Positions 39,247 through 52,068 of a DNA stretch of 64,000 nucleotides are shown here, one piece after another (positions within the stretch are counted from its first letter, which is position 1; the number at the start of each line of letters is the position of its first letter). The stretch lies in the NCBI GenBank assembly GCA_002269645.1, contig NIVC01000655.1, positions 124,001-188,000 of the forward strand, in the 5' to 3' direction. The notes under the pieces are model-generated. The model was not told where the DNA came from. It did not search any database and worked only from the letters and a program-made list of their open reading frames with translations. Source of the stretch: Macrostomum lignano. Lineage: Eukaryota. The translations under genes and the position numbers were made by a program.

Positions 39247-42200
39247 TTAAAATAGTCCACTTAGCAAATCAGAATCAGAATCTTTATTTTCCTCGTCTAC
39301 GTTGGATTCTTTTTGCCGTTGACCTCCAGGAGCATCAGAACGCCAGTGTTTTTTCAGCCAATCATTGACATAAATATCTGGCTTAAATTTCATCAGCGGA
39401 GGCCCATTTATTCGAATCCGTAGTAGATGCTCCAATGTTTTTGGTGCCAAGCGTGTTCTCCTGTCATAGGCAATGTGCTTATAGATAGAAAACCCTCTTT
39501 TAGCCTCAGCTGATGATATTGGCAAAGTTAACACAACCATAATTAGATTCTTTATTCTGGGCAGCCATTCAACAGTTCTTGTCTCTAGAAAGTGACTCCA
39601 AAATTTCACCGGACCTTTGCCTTTGTAGGCACAGAAGTCAACACTATGCGAAGTGATCAAACTTTTTAGGAGTAGACCGAACTGACCAGAGATTGTCCTT
39701 TCTGTAGCGCGTTCTGAAGCATCTGCATCTCTAGAGTCTGAATCAGAAAGATGGTCCTCTGTTTCAGATTCAGAGCTGTCATCTTCCATTCCAAACCGTC
39801 TAGCAAGAGGTATGATTCTCGAACTGTATGTAAAGACAGTATGTAATGTTTCAGCATTAGGCAATAACACTGGGTTGAGCACATTAAATATTGAGTAGTC
39901 ATCCTCAGGAAAATAATTACGCAGCTGATCAATTATGCTATCAATGATTCGACTGCGAATCTCATCCAGTGCTGGATAAGCTCCCATGTCAACAACACTG
40001 CCACGTCCACTAGCATCAAATAATCTATTTCTTAGAGATCTGTCTGCAGCAGAACCTGGTTGCTTCAACTCAAACCTCTCTGTTGGATCGCTGCTTCCAG
40101 GGCCGGAAGGACAAGCAAAGTTAGAATAAGATAGGTCTCTTGTGTGACATCCTGAATGGTATTCCAGCTGCGGATATCCATCTGCAGTTCCCAAAACTCG
40201 ACGACACTTGCAGGAAGCCAAAAAGTCCACAATGCGAGGACCATTGTTCGTTTTTAAGGTTTCTAGTGAATGGATAAGGTTAGTGTGGCGTTCTTGCAAG
40301 CCAATAAATGTACCCTTGGCTCTTTGAAACTGCAAGGACTCAAATTCCAGTAATTTTAGAATGTCCATGAGAAATAGATGTAATGAATAATACCGGACAT
40401 TTTGCAATGTTTTCAATAATCCAGAGGCAGTTGCTTTACTTTCGTCATCAAAGCCTGAGGAAGGTGATTTGATATTTTCTAAATTTGTCAGAAGCAAGTA
40501 GTATGACTTTCGAATCACATCAAGAGCAGACACTTCCGATGCAACCCACCTGATACGATATATTCTTTTTAATTCATAGAAAACCAAGTTGAGTGCTTCC
40601 GAAGTTTGTGCCAAAGATGCCTTACGTTTAACAGCGTGGCTCATATAAAATTTGTGTAGAGAATTTATATTCTTATCGAGATGTTGCATAAATGGGAAGA
40701 TTTCAAAGGCATGATAGATTGAAAGTTCTAACTTATGCGCTGCACAATGGTGCTGAAAAAATTGTTTGCTAGCCCAAGGCCTCAGTTGACTTATTAATCC
40801 CACTCGACTTCCTGTCATTACGGATGCACCATCAGTTGTCACCCCCCATAGCCTTCGTTTGATTTCATCTTCTAGCTTGTCATCCGAAAATAAACGGATG
40901 AGAAGTTCATAAATGCTTCGTCCAGTCTCTACTTCAGTCAGACGTTTAAACCGATAAAAAAACATCAAAGGTTGGCTGTTTTCAAGAACTCTGAAGTATA
41001 TCATGACGTAGCTGTTTGAATGAATATCAGACGTTGTATCTAGTACAATAGAAATCGGAAGGTTGTCAGCACTTTTAATGTAATTCACAAATGTCCGATG
41101 CATTGTATTACTGATTGATTCCACCATTGCTGCGGCACTTTTGCGATGCTTATGATGGCTCCCCATATCCAACCCATTTTTTACTTGTAAATCAATCATA
41201 TTTGGATGAGCACTGAATGGAATATTAGATTTGACTTCGGCGAAAAAACTGTTGTCAAAACTCGGGCTGTTATTTCATCTCGTTTAGTTTTAGCTAGTCT
41301 AGCGGCCTCATTCATCTGTTTGAGTTGCTTTGCAAGAACTGAAGTATGTTTTTCCTTCATCCACTTTATGGCGTCACTGTGAAGTGTATTTGATGAATGT
41401 TCCTGTAGTTTTCTTCGTACGCTATCTTTTGCATGACCTTTGGGAATGTAGCCTTGTTCTGTTGCAAAAGTTAACTTACGTTGGCTCTCTAGATTTGTCT
41501 CCTTTTTCTTATGTGCATTCAAAAATTTTCTGCAGATCCGACATTGTATTCCAGATCTTGATAGATCTTCGGTGTTTTGAACATATTGAAACCATGTCTT
41601 CATTTCTTGTGACACAAATTTTCTTGAAAATGATCTGCAATGGTCAAATTAGAGAATATTTTGGGATTTGGACTATTTGTGAGTATCTAAAAGCAATATG
41701 CTAATAAGTGCAATACACAATACACTATACATTAATTTACAGTTCGTCAGTTTCCATTTACTTACTGTGACTGGTGCATCTCCAAAGAATGTAACCACTC
41801 CTCTCGAAAACCAGATGTATCCTCCCAGTCCTTTTTAGGGAAAACTTCAATATTTTCGCCCATCATAGAGGAAGACGAGGGCTTTGATGCTGAAGTGGCT
41901 AGACATGCGTCTGCAGATGTGCTTATGCATGGTATTTTTCTTTGCGATGGCCCTGCTTCTGCAGTATTTACTTGTACTATTTCAACATCACCTGAACCCC
42001 TTGAGTCGCTCGAATCTAAATCAACAATAGGACTTTGGCAAAGTGATCGTTTCGTTGATTGTCTTTGAATATTTACTTGCCTAATAATTTCCACTTGTAG
42101 TTTGCTTGTTTGCTGGTCATTCTCCAACAACTCTCTTCTTTCCTGTACATTTGCAGCAGAGCAAAAATTAGAAGTTTCTGCAGCAGCAGTTTGAACAGCA

Positions 42201-43353
42201 TGATCTCGATTAGCTGCTATTTGCTCTGAAAATTCATAGGACCTGGCCAATTCACTACGGTGTGAGCTTTCAGAACATGGAGCTGGAGCAGGAGCTAGTC
42301 GCATTTCGATTCTTTCTGTTGCTGATGAAGCAGATGCTAATGCTGAGTCTGCCAATGTACATGCTTCTCTTGAAGGTGTATTTATGATGGCTTCAATATT
42401 GTCCTCTAAAATCCAATGAGCACCTGAGCAGTCATTTTATCTACCTGGAGTCAACTGTCCAAGTTTCCACCTTGTAAAAAGCAAAGGCTTTCGTAACTCA
42501 CTGCTGGATTCAGGGCACCGGTTTATTGAATAGTCCTCATGACCAAGTTCATCCCATTCTCTTGCTGGCTTTAAGATGTAGTTGGGCTTGTCTCTTAGCC
42601 TACGATAAATGGACTCAAAAATGTGCACCTGTTATTGTTCCTAATAATTTCAGCTAATGAGTTATCAATGATAATTTTATCTTCATAAACAGGTCTTCTT
42701 TGTGTTGCATGCATTTTAGCTAGTCGCAGTTTTCCAATGCTACTGGCAGTTGTGGAACTTGAACTGTCCGATTCTGATCTAGAAAAGTCTCGTTGATACA
42801 AGAGAATAATGGCCATAGCACTTTTACCATTCCCATTCTTTAATGCATTTGGTTCTGTTGGAATTGTCTTACTAGCAGACTTGAAAAAATCAATGATGGA
42901 TGACTGCGATGATCTACTAGGAGCGGAACTTGGCAGCCCATGTCTAGTTTTTCCCTGATACCCAATAGATGTATCGGTAAAAAACATATCTGCTGCTTCC
43001 TGCTTCCCTTTTGATGCAATAACAAAGAAACTGCTGTCCGTTTTGAAGCCCGAGGACCGATAGAAGTCAGCAGAAAATGAAACCACAGGTCGTCTAAAAT
43101 CGCCGCTATATTCTTGAACTCCAATCAGAAGAAAATCATGGAGTCTCACTGGCACTGATCCTAATAGCATTGCAGTTGTAGAACAAACTTTCTTTAGCTC
43201 AATGGACTCTGAAAATTCTTGAGATCCAATATTAGGCTCATCAGTATTTAACTCATTTATAACAATTGAGCACTCACTCTCAGCTAGAATACCATTGATA
43301 GCTAGGATGCCACTTAGAATCAGTAGGCAAAGACAACTAAGGCTGTACATCAT
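39247..43353 (-). pseudogene. Interrupted gene for signal peptide + lamin-tail-like domain + TTF-type Zn finger + hAT transposase (~1,325 aa reconstructed); exons 43353-41766 and 41634-39247
   Basis: Transposase motifs IVLDTTSD, TTDGASVM, HCAAHKLEL, RWVAS and LPISSAEAKRGFS. One phase-2 GTAAGT/TGCAG intron (41765-41635). Lesions: frameshifts at ~42625 and ~41245, in-frame TAA at 42439-37, catalytic E to K at 39501-499. Confidence 0.8.
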
Positions 43354-44951
43354 TCTGTGAAAGATTAAGTCGAGTATATGATTTTGGTGATAAAATAAAA
43401 TTGATTTATGAGTATTACTATATAAATAAAACATTTAAAAGCCCTTACCTTTACCAATTCATGTACAGAAAGTAAGTGTAAATACAACCAATTGCCTTGG
43501 TAGTTTAGTTATATGCTCGTATCAGATGCAGGCAGACAGCATAGGCTGCCAAGGTGCTATAAGTTAAGGTTAACTTTCACTATTTGGCTTTACAGACTGC
43601 TTTTATCGCTGCATGCATTGACTTAGCCTTAGCTTGTGCCATCATACTCATACAGCTATATATACATATGTATCTCTGCCACTCCCCACTTTTGCAACCT
43701 TACACTGTACAATCATGCCTAAAACACTCCGTGTCAAGTGTACTGTTCTAGTGCCACATGGGGTACAAATACGATAAGGAATGACAAGAGTCAAAACCAT
43801 ACATGCACAATAGTTGGCCAATATGGACGACTGATTTGGCGGCCAACCAAGGTAAGTTGCAAAAATGCCCACCCAAATAAATACCAAAGTAGTATTAAGT
43901 AGCTGACGAAGCATTTTGCCTTAATAAAGACAGTCATAGTTACTCCTGCCGTTTACCCAAAGTTGCGTTAATTTTGCTTTCAGGTTTTTTCATGTAAGTC
44001 GCATTTTTGGCCGAAAACTACGTCGCATTTTTGTTAAAACTAAGTCGCACGGCCGACCAAATTTTGGAGGTTGCGCATGTATGATTATACAAAACTTTCA
44101 TTGCTTTTACTTCGATTTTTCAACAGGTTAGCTTTTTTGCTTGTAGTCAAGAAAAATTTTCAATATGCTAAATTATGTTTACTACAAGAAAAAAGAATTA
44201 AAGGGAGTGATTATAGCAAAAATTATGAAATTGACTTTTTAGTCTTCTTATCCATTTTTGGTATTTTTGTAGGATTAGTCATTTTGGTAAGAAGCAAGTC
44301 ATTTTAGTTATAAGAAAAACCCTTTGATGACAATCAATTTAGATAGAAAATTATAGTCATCTAAAAGTAAAAACTTAAATATTTCTAGTTTTTATTTAAA
44401 GCTTTATTAAAAGAATTGAATAATATTTTATTTCATTTTGTTTATTTGCTATAATAAAAGTTATGATTTTTTATATTAAACAATGAACATTTGCCATATC
44501 CTATAAATATTTTCCTATGTGTTTTTAGTATATATGTTAAAATGAGAATCCTTTAAATAAGCCTAGACATACAATGACTAGATATACAATCAACTAGCAT
44601 TTTGTCAACCAAAATTTTCATTTTGTCAACCAAAATTTTCATTTTGTCAATTAGACATTATAGCAATAGAAAATGTTGCTTGCAATACCAACTACTATAG
44701 GCAAAAAGGGCAAACAAAGCATCTCACTGACCTAGAATTTTAACTAAACAATGGAACACTGTTACACTGCCTTAGAACTTTGTAATTGGCAATGTCAGAG
44801 TGCCAGGCACCTGCCACCTTGCAGCAATATTTGCTATTTGCAACCGCCAACCTACTATTAGTGCTGCAAACTAGAAGGTAGTGGTTTCTTGATGGCATAT
44901 TCACCATAGTAAAGCCAGCCTTTACCTAGCTATATAGCATCTATGGATATG

Positions 44952-45344
44952 TAGAGGTCGGACAGGATTGAAATCTTCGGGCGGGATCGGGATCGGGAAT
45001 AATTTTTTTCTCGGGATCGGGATCGGGATTCGGGAATCGGGATCAGGTCTTTTAGTGTATTGTCCATGTAAAGTTAAACAAAATTGAGAAAAGATTGTCA
45101 AGATCAAGAAGTAAAACACAACGAAATTGATATGAAGTTTTGTAACCAACAAAGTAAATAATATAACGAGTACAAGTTGAAGCAAAATACCTTTAAGTAA
45201 TCACTAATTCTATAAATTATTAATCGAAAGACCTGTTCCCGAATCTCGACTTTTTTAGGGTCAGGATTCTGGTCCCGCGGGAATTCAATTTTCCTTGGGA
45301 TCCCGAGATTTCGGGATTGGGATCGGGATCCCATCCAACCTCTA
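44952..45344. mobile_element. MITE-like element with TAGAGGT termini and CGGGAT subterminal repeats
   Basis: TIRs match at 14/17 positions; no convincing 8-bp TSD. Confidence 0.45.
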
Positions 45345-46481
45345 ATGTATAGTAAGGTATACAATTAGAAATATAGCCATTGTGCTCTATGGTAATATCT
45401 AGGCCTAGCAAATCCAAACAGAACTATATCTTATTGACATTAGCTATGCATTACTAGCTATATCATAAAAACATGCATTGATTTAACTAGGCCCTATTTT
45501 AAGTGATGTGATGGTCTTTAACAATCTAAATATAAATTCATAAAAATTAAACTCTTGTCTTAGGCCCTATTCTTATTTAATTAAAGTTGTCACAAAAAGA
45601 AATAAAAAAGACCAAATAAAATATATAAATGTCAGAACCAAAAAATCTATAAACTCAAGATCTATAATCTAATGGCAAGGCCTAACTATCTAGAATCTAA
45701 CCTAGATTTTGTGGGTAAAAAAAGCAAAAAGTTCCAAGTGAGGTTATTAAGGTTTGTTGTAGGCCTAGCTTTATATCATCATGCAAAGCTTTAAGAGTTC
45801 ATTATCCATTACTAAAAATGGTCTGTCGGTATCTATCTAGGTAGATGTGTGATCAATTTCAGAAAAATTATAACTAGGCCCTCTTAAAAACTTTATTATG
45901 CAAACATGTTCGAAAATCGTTCTCTTAAAAACGATTTTAAATAAGAACGAAATTTGTAAGATAAAACAAGTATCTTGCATCTTTCATGATAAAAAACTGT
46001 TTGGTTTTTTCTTTAGAGCTGTTAGCGCAATATATAACACTTACAAAAATTTTTTTGCTTATTTTTAATGATTTAGGTCTGTCACTTTTGAAAACTAGTG
46101 AATGTCGAAAATTCGAAATTCAGATCTTTCTAATAAAAGTAATTTATCCGATTTAAAGTAGTCACTGCGAGTTACTACACTATACTATTCGCAGTCTCGC
46201 TGCAGTTGGACAGAAACGGTCTTAACGCGCCTTAAATTTTTAGAATTTAAAGAAGCGCATTGCAAAAAATCGTTGTTTTATCACTTTAGTCTTGCGCTTT
46301 GGTTTTTCGAAGTTTTTTTTCAGCATTAGGCCTATTAGTATTACTGTATTAGTGGTTTTGAAATCTGGTCTAGAATAATTTGGGTACCTTGTCTGAAAAT
46401 TATACTATAAATCTACTTAGTAGATTTTAAGTAAAAAAGTTGACCGCCTGTCCCTACTAAAGTCTAAACAAAAGTATATTA

Positions 46482-49400
46482 ATGGCTGAAAAAGAAAGCC
46501 TAATCCCTCAATCCCATGCATCCCAGACACATCAGCATGAAGCTACCGGTAAGTTTTTGTTTTAGCTAAATGCAATGCGTTTTGAAACTCAAGACTCAAA
46601 ATCAGTCTCAATACCAGGGTCAGGATTATGTACTGGTGTATGCTAGAATGAAGACTGCTTTGTTAATTAGCTTATGTATGCCAATGTATGCCAATAGACT
46701 AAAAATGTTTTCAACTATATATGCTAAAGTTATATGTTTTTTTCATTCTTGAATTCATTATTCATCCTGAGTAACAAACTTAAAAATTATGGACTTTTGC
46801 AATGTGTACTGAGAAAAGACAATTATAAAAAAGAACTTTAAATATTTTTTGCTAAACATTAAAGAAAAATAAGTTTTTTATGGTTCAAAGTTTAAACTTA
46901 TCTTTTATTATCCCTTATTCCATGTTGATAGTATTTCATATAGCCTATTTATATAGTCACTTTATTTGATCCTAACATATATGCAAGTATGCCATAGATA
47001 TAAGCAAAAAATTTCTATTATGTCATATCTGCTGAGATATATGCTGATGTATGCTAAAAAAGGCATGTACCCTTGTTGTATGCTGGGAAGTCTCAGTATA
47101 CATGTCATCTTCCAAACTATGGCATATTATACTTTGTCCCCTACTTAGCTACTTAGTCCCACTTGCCCCTGCCTTTCTTTGATTTGCCTGACCTGCCTTG
47201 TCTTGCTTTTCTTTACTTCAGGCTAAATTTGCCCTAGCTTGAATTTTCAGTAGAAAAACTATATTTTTGACTTGATTATAAAAGCAACAAGACATTTTGG
47301 AAAAAGTCATTTTAGTGACAATTTTAGGTCATTCTAAAGAATCTTTAGATATAAATATAACAACATAAACAATAAAGCTTAATTGCCTTGAAATAACTTT
47401 CTATGATGAATAGAAAACAATATGCTTAAAACCATCTGATCTAAATTGATCTATTTTACTTGCTAATATCAATTTACAAGGCAATTTTTAGCAATAAGTT
47501 TTGTTTTTTGCAAATGAATAACTTTGCACTGAATAAACAGACTTTTAAATAGGAAAAGAGAGGAAAAAAGCTTTGTCAAAAAAGGATCTTCAAAAATATT
47601 TAATCCTATTGATTTTCATTGGAATTTCAATTTATGTCATCTTTTCAGAAATACTATGATACTTATGTTACAAAAATAGGTTATAATGCTAGAAAATGAA
47701 TATTTGCAAGAGAACTGTGGGCATCCTGGTGCAGTGCTTTTGGCAATGCCACAACAACCAGTCAGACAGATTTATTTAGGTGGGCATTTTTGCAACTTAC
47801 CTTGGCTGGACCCCTCACCAGCTTGCCAGATAGCAATTCTGCCTATAACACTGACTCTTGAGCATGTACACATGCTCACACATACATGCGCAACAACCCT
47901 GATTTGCACTGGCCTCGCAACTTTCCTTTTGACTAAACCAAAAATAAAAAAACCTAGGCAAAAATGAACACACAATTCTAGGTAAACGGCATGAGTATCT
48001 ATGACTGTATTATTAAGGCTGAATGCTTCGTCATCTAATTAGTACTACGTGCATGTTTTTGGGCGATCATTTTTGTAACTTACCAGATTTCAAACGCATT
48101 TATCACTGAGCTGCTCTGCTTTATTTTACTCAACCCTATCCTCACAGAAACGGCCGTGTCAGTGACTGTGACGCCAACATCGCCAGGTTTCACCACAATC
48201 AACTGTCAGATATGCAGCTCAGTGATCAGCCTAGAAGGCAAATACAATCAGCACGTTGTCAAATGCCAGCAGTGCGGCGAGGCTACACCGATTAAATCAG
48301 CCCCGCCAGGCAAGAAGTACGTGCGCTGCGCCTGCAATTGCCTGTTGATATGCAAAGCTACTGGTAGGCGGATTGCCTGTCCAAGAGAGAACTGCAAGCG
48401 TATCATCACCCTGACTGGCGGTGGCGGCACTGGCGGGGGCAGCCATGCCGACTATGGCACAAACTCGCAGGTTCGTTCAGATAATACAGTACTGAGCCTA
48501 GTAAAATGTTTTCTCTTCTGTTTTTATCTACTTCTAATCCTAAAAACTCAGTTGTATTGCTGGGAATCGCCATCTATCCTTTAGGATTCGCCTTCTATCC
48601 TTTAGGAATCACCATCTATTCTTTGGGAATCGCCATCTATCCCTTAGGAATCGCCATCTATCCCTTAGGAATCACCATCTATCCCTTAGGAATCGCCATC
48701 TATCCCTTAGGAATCGCCATCTATCCCTTAGGAATCGTTATCTATCCTTTAGGAATCACCATCTATCCTTTAGGAATCACCATCTATCCTTTAGGAATCA
48801 CCATCTATTCTTTGGGAATCGCCATCTATCCCTTAGGAATCGCCATCTATCCCTTAGGAATCGCCATCTATCCCTTAGGAATCGCCATCTATCCTTTATG
48901 AATCGTTATCTATCCCTTAGGAATCGCCATCTATCCCTTAGGAATCGCCATCTATCCGTTAGGAATCGTTATCTATCCCTTAGGAATCGCCATCTATCCC
49001 TTAGGAATCGCCATCTATCCCTTAGGAATCGTTATCTATCCCTTAGGAATCGTTATCTATCCCTTATGAATCGCCACCTATCCCTTAGGAATCGCCATCT
49101 GTCCCTTAGGAATCGCCATCTATCCGTTAGGAATCGCCATCTATCCCTTAGGAATCGCCATCTATCCTTTAGGAATCGCCTTCTATCCTTTAGGAATCGC
49201 CATCTATCCTTTAGGAATCGCCATCTATCCTTTAGGAATCGCCTTCTATCCTTTAGGAATCGCCATCTATTCCTTAGGAATCGCCATCTATCCCTTGGTA
49301 AACGTTTATCATTATAAAAGCTATGTTTACAATGCCAAAATAATCAATACAGTAAACTTTATAAAATTCAGCATGCCATTAGTAGGAATCAAGTACAAGA

Positions 49401-52068
49401 AGCACTTCTCAAGTAGATGCCTCTGTCTACAAATGGCTCTTTCTTACTATCGTAGCCTGTAGCATTCTATAATAGCTTGTAATAAGTCTTAAGCCCGCTT
49501 TTTCCTATGACTATTTTTGCCATCTGTGCCACACCCAGTGCCTTCCTGTCTGCCTGCTTTTTAAAGGATTTATTTTAAGAACGGTTTTGTATTATTCCAT
49601 TATTGTCCTTTTATCTTTCTTCTATTATATCATATTAGTGACTGACTTAAGCATGCAATCGCTCTCAGCAATATCAGCAATCGCCCCTCAGCAATATCAG
49701 CAATCGCCCCTCAGCAATATCAGCAATCGCCCCTCAGCAATATCAGCAATCGCCCCTCAGCAATATCAGCAATCGCCCCTCAGCAATATCAGCAATCGCC
49801 CCTCAGCAATATCAGCAATCGCCCCTCAGCAATATCAGCAATCGCCCCTCAGCAATATCAGCAATCGCCCCTCAGCAATATCAGCAATCGCCCCTCAGCA
49901 ATATCAGCAATCGCCCCTCAGCAATATCAGCAATCGCCCCTCAGCAATACCAGAAATCGCCCCTCAGCAATATCAGCAATCGCCCCTCAGCAATATCAGC
50001 AATCGCCCCTCAGCAATACCAGAAATCGCCCCTCAGCAATATCAGCAATCGCCCCTCAGCAATACCAGAAATCGCCCCTCAGCAATATCAGCAATCGCCC
50101 CTCAGCAATACCAGAAATCGCCCCTCAGCAATATCAGCAATCGCCCCTCAGCAATATCAGCAATCAATCGCCCCTCAGCAATATCAGCAATCGCCCCTCA
50201 GCAATATTAGCAATCAATCGCCCCTCAGCAATATTAGCAATCAATCGCCCCTCAGCAATATCAGCAATCGCCCCTCAGCAATATCAGCAATCGCCCCTCA
50301 GCAATATCAGCAATCGCCTCTCAGCAATATCAGCAATCGTCCCTCAGCAATACCAGAAATCGCCCCTCAGCAATATCAGCAATCGCCCCTCAGCAATACC
50401 AGAAATCGCCCCTCAGCAATATCAGCAATCGCCCCTCAACAATACCAGAAATCGCCCCTCAGCAATATCAGCAATCGCCCCTCAGCAAATCAGCAATCGC
50501 CCCTCAGCAATATCAGCAATCAATCGCCCCTCAGCAATATCAGCAATCGCCCCTCAACAATACCAGAAATCGCCCCTCAGCAATATCAGCAATCGCCCCT
50601 CAGCAAATCAGCAATCGCCCCTCAGCAATATCAGCAATCAATCGCCCCTCAGCAATATCAGCAATCGCCCCTGACCCTATACCTGAGAATGCAAATGAAT
50701 GCCCCCTGACCCACCGCTCCTCAGCCGCAGCAGCAGCGAGGTTCAGACGTGGCCTTCTCCCCCGGGCCAGGCCAGGTGCAGTGCCTGTGCGGCCATTGCG
50801 GCGCAGCATTTACGGTGCCAGAACCGGCTAGCAGTCCGCTAGCCCGATGCCCGCAGTGCCGCAAGGTGAGCTCAGTTGGGCCGCACTACGTGCGCACCCG
50901 ATCCATCGCTTGTATCAGCACCGGCCTGGCTTTGCTCACCGCCGCCGTACTGGTGATGGCCTTCACCTGGAATTCCGCTGTGACATCTAGCCGCGGCCTG
51001 TTTGCACTCTATGTTGGTGAGCTGCCATTCTATCTGTTGCTTTTCAGCCTTGGGAATGGGGATTCTACGGCTGGGTGTTGTCTGATGGGTGAGATTTAAG
51101 GTTTAAGATGGGTGAGATGCTAGTTTGTGAGATTGAGAGGCTGAGATTCTGGTGAGGTAGGGGTGAGATTCTGGTGTGGTGTGGTAGGGGTGATATTCTG
51201 GTGTGGTGTGGTAGGGTGAGATTCTTGTGAGGTAGGGGTGAGATTCTGGTGAGGTAGGGGTTGAGATTCTGGTGTGGTGGGGGGGAGATTCTGGTAAGCT
51301 AGGGGGGAGATTCTGGTGAGGTAGGGGGGATTCTGGTGATGTAGAGGGGAGATTCTGGTGGGTAAGGTGAGATACTGGTGTGATAGGGGTGAGATTCCGG
51401 TGAGGTAGATGGGAGATTCTGATGGTGTAGGGGTGAGATTCCGGTGAGGTAAGGGGAGATGTTGATGTAGGGGTGAGATTCTGGTGTGGTAGGGGGGAGA
51501 TTCTGGTAAGCTAGGTGGGGGGATTCTGGTGATGTAGAGGTGAGATTCTGGTGTGATAGGGGTGAGATTCCGGTGAGGTAGAGGGGAGATTCTGATGGGG
51601 TAAGGGTGATATTCTAGTATGGTAAGAATAATAATCTAGTATGGTAAGGGTGAGATTTTACTATGGTAAAGGTGAGATTCTAATATGGTAAGGGTGAGAT
51701 TCTAGTATGGTAAGGGTGAGATTCTAGTATGCTAAGGGTGAGATTCTAGTGTGGTAAGGGTGAGATTCTAGTATGGTAAGGGTGAGATTCTAGTATGCTA
51801 AGGGTGAGATTCTAGTGTGGTAAGGGTGAGATTCTAGTATGGTAATGGTGAAATTTTGATGGTGTAAGGGTGAGATTTTGAATATTACAAAGAATAGAAA
51901 TATCAGTCATTAAAAGACTCTCAATTTAACATCATTTGTTTCACAATGCCCCCCCCCCACCTACGCATCTCAGGCCTCATGTCGCTCTCCTTTGGTTTCT
52001 TAATCCGGGGCGCGTTCTACTGCCGCACCAAGGTGAGCATTGTTGAGTCCCGTGGTATCGCCACCTGA
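46482..52068 (+). CDS. PIP4P: Phosphatidylinositol-4,5-bisphosphate 4-phosphatase (TMEM55 family); exons 46482-46548, 48148-48470, 50725-51016, 51974-52068
   Basis: Cys-rich [32 protein letters not shown]5R motif CKATGRR, C.HC...[13 protein letters not shown], two C-terminal TM helices. Splice phases 1/0/1 are consistent. Confidence 0.92.
47775..47900. mobile_element. Fragments of the hAT/MITE family in PIP4P intron 1
   Basis: GGTGGGCATTTTTGCAACTTACCTTGG matches the MITE interior; exact TIR CATACATGCGCAAC at 47881. Confidence 0.55.
48565..49300. repeat. 21-bp minisatellite (GAATCGCCATCTATCCCTTAG), PIP4P intron 2, first array
   Basis: Direct. Confidence 0.95.
49655..50672. repeat. 23-bp minisatellite (CAGCAATCGCCCCTCAGCAATAT), PIP4P intron 2, second array
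   Basis: Direct. Confidence 0.95.
51100..51880. repeat. Degenerate ~21-23-bp G-rich minisatellite (GGTGAGATTCTGGTGAGGTAG), PIP4P intron 3
   Basis: Direct; two subtypes. Confidence 0.85.

Larger units (their letters stand above)
38189..44083 (-). mobile_element. Full-length hAT DNA transposon, 5,895 bp
   Basis: Perfect 14-bp TIR CATACATGCGCAAC, 8-bp TSD ATTATACA (38181-88, 44084-91), subterminal TAAGTCGCA motifs at both ends and an internal hAT transposase gene. Confidence 0.93.

Noticed and set aside
41240-41252. Programmed -1 ribosomal frameshift in the transposase gene
   Set aside because: GTT TTT TCG does not form an X XXY YYZ slippery heptamer in the zero frame; a homopolymer deletion is simpler.
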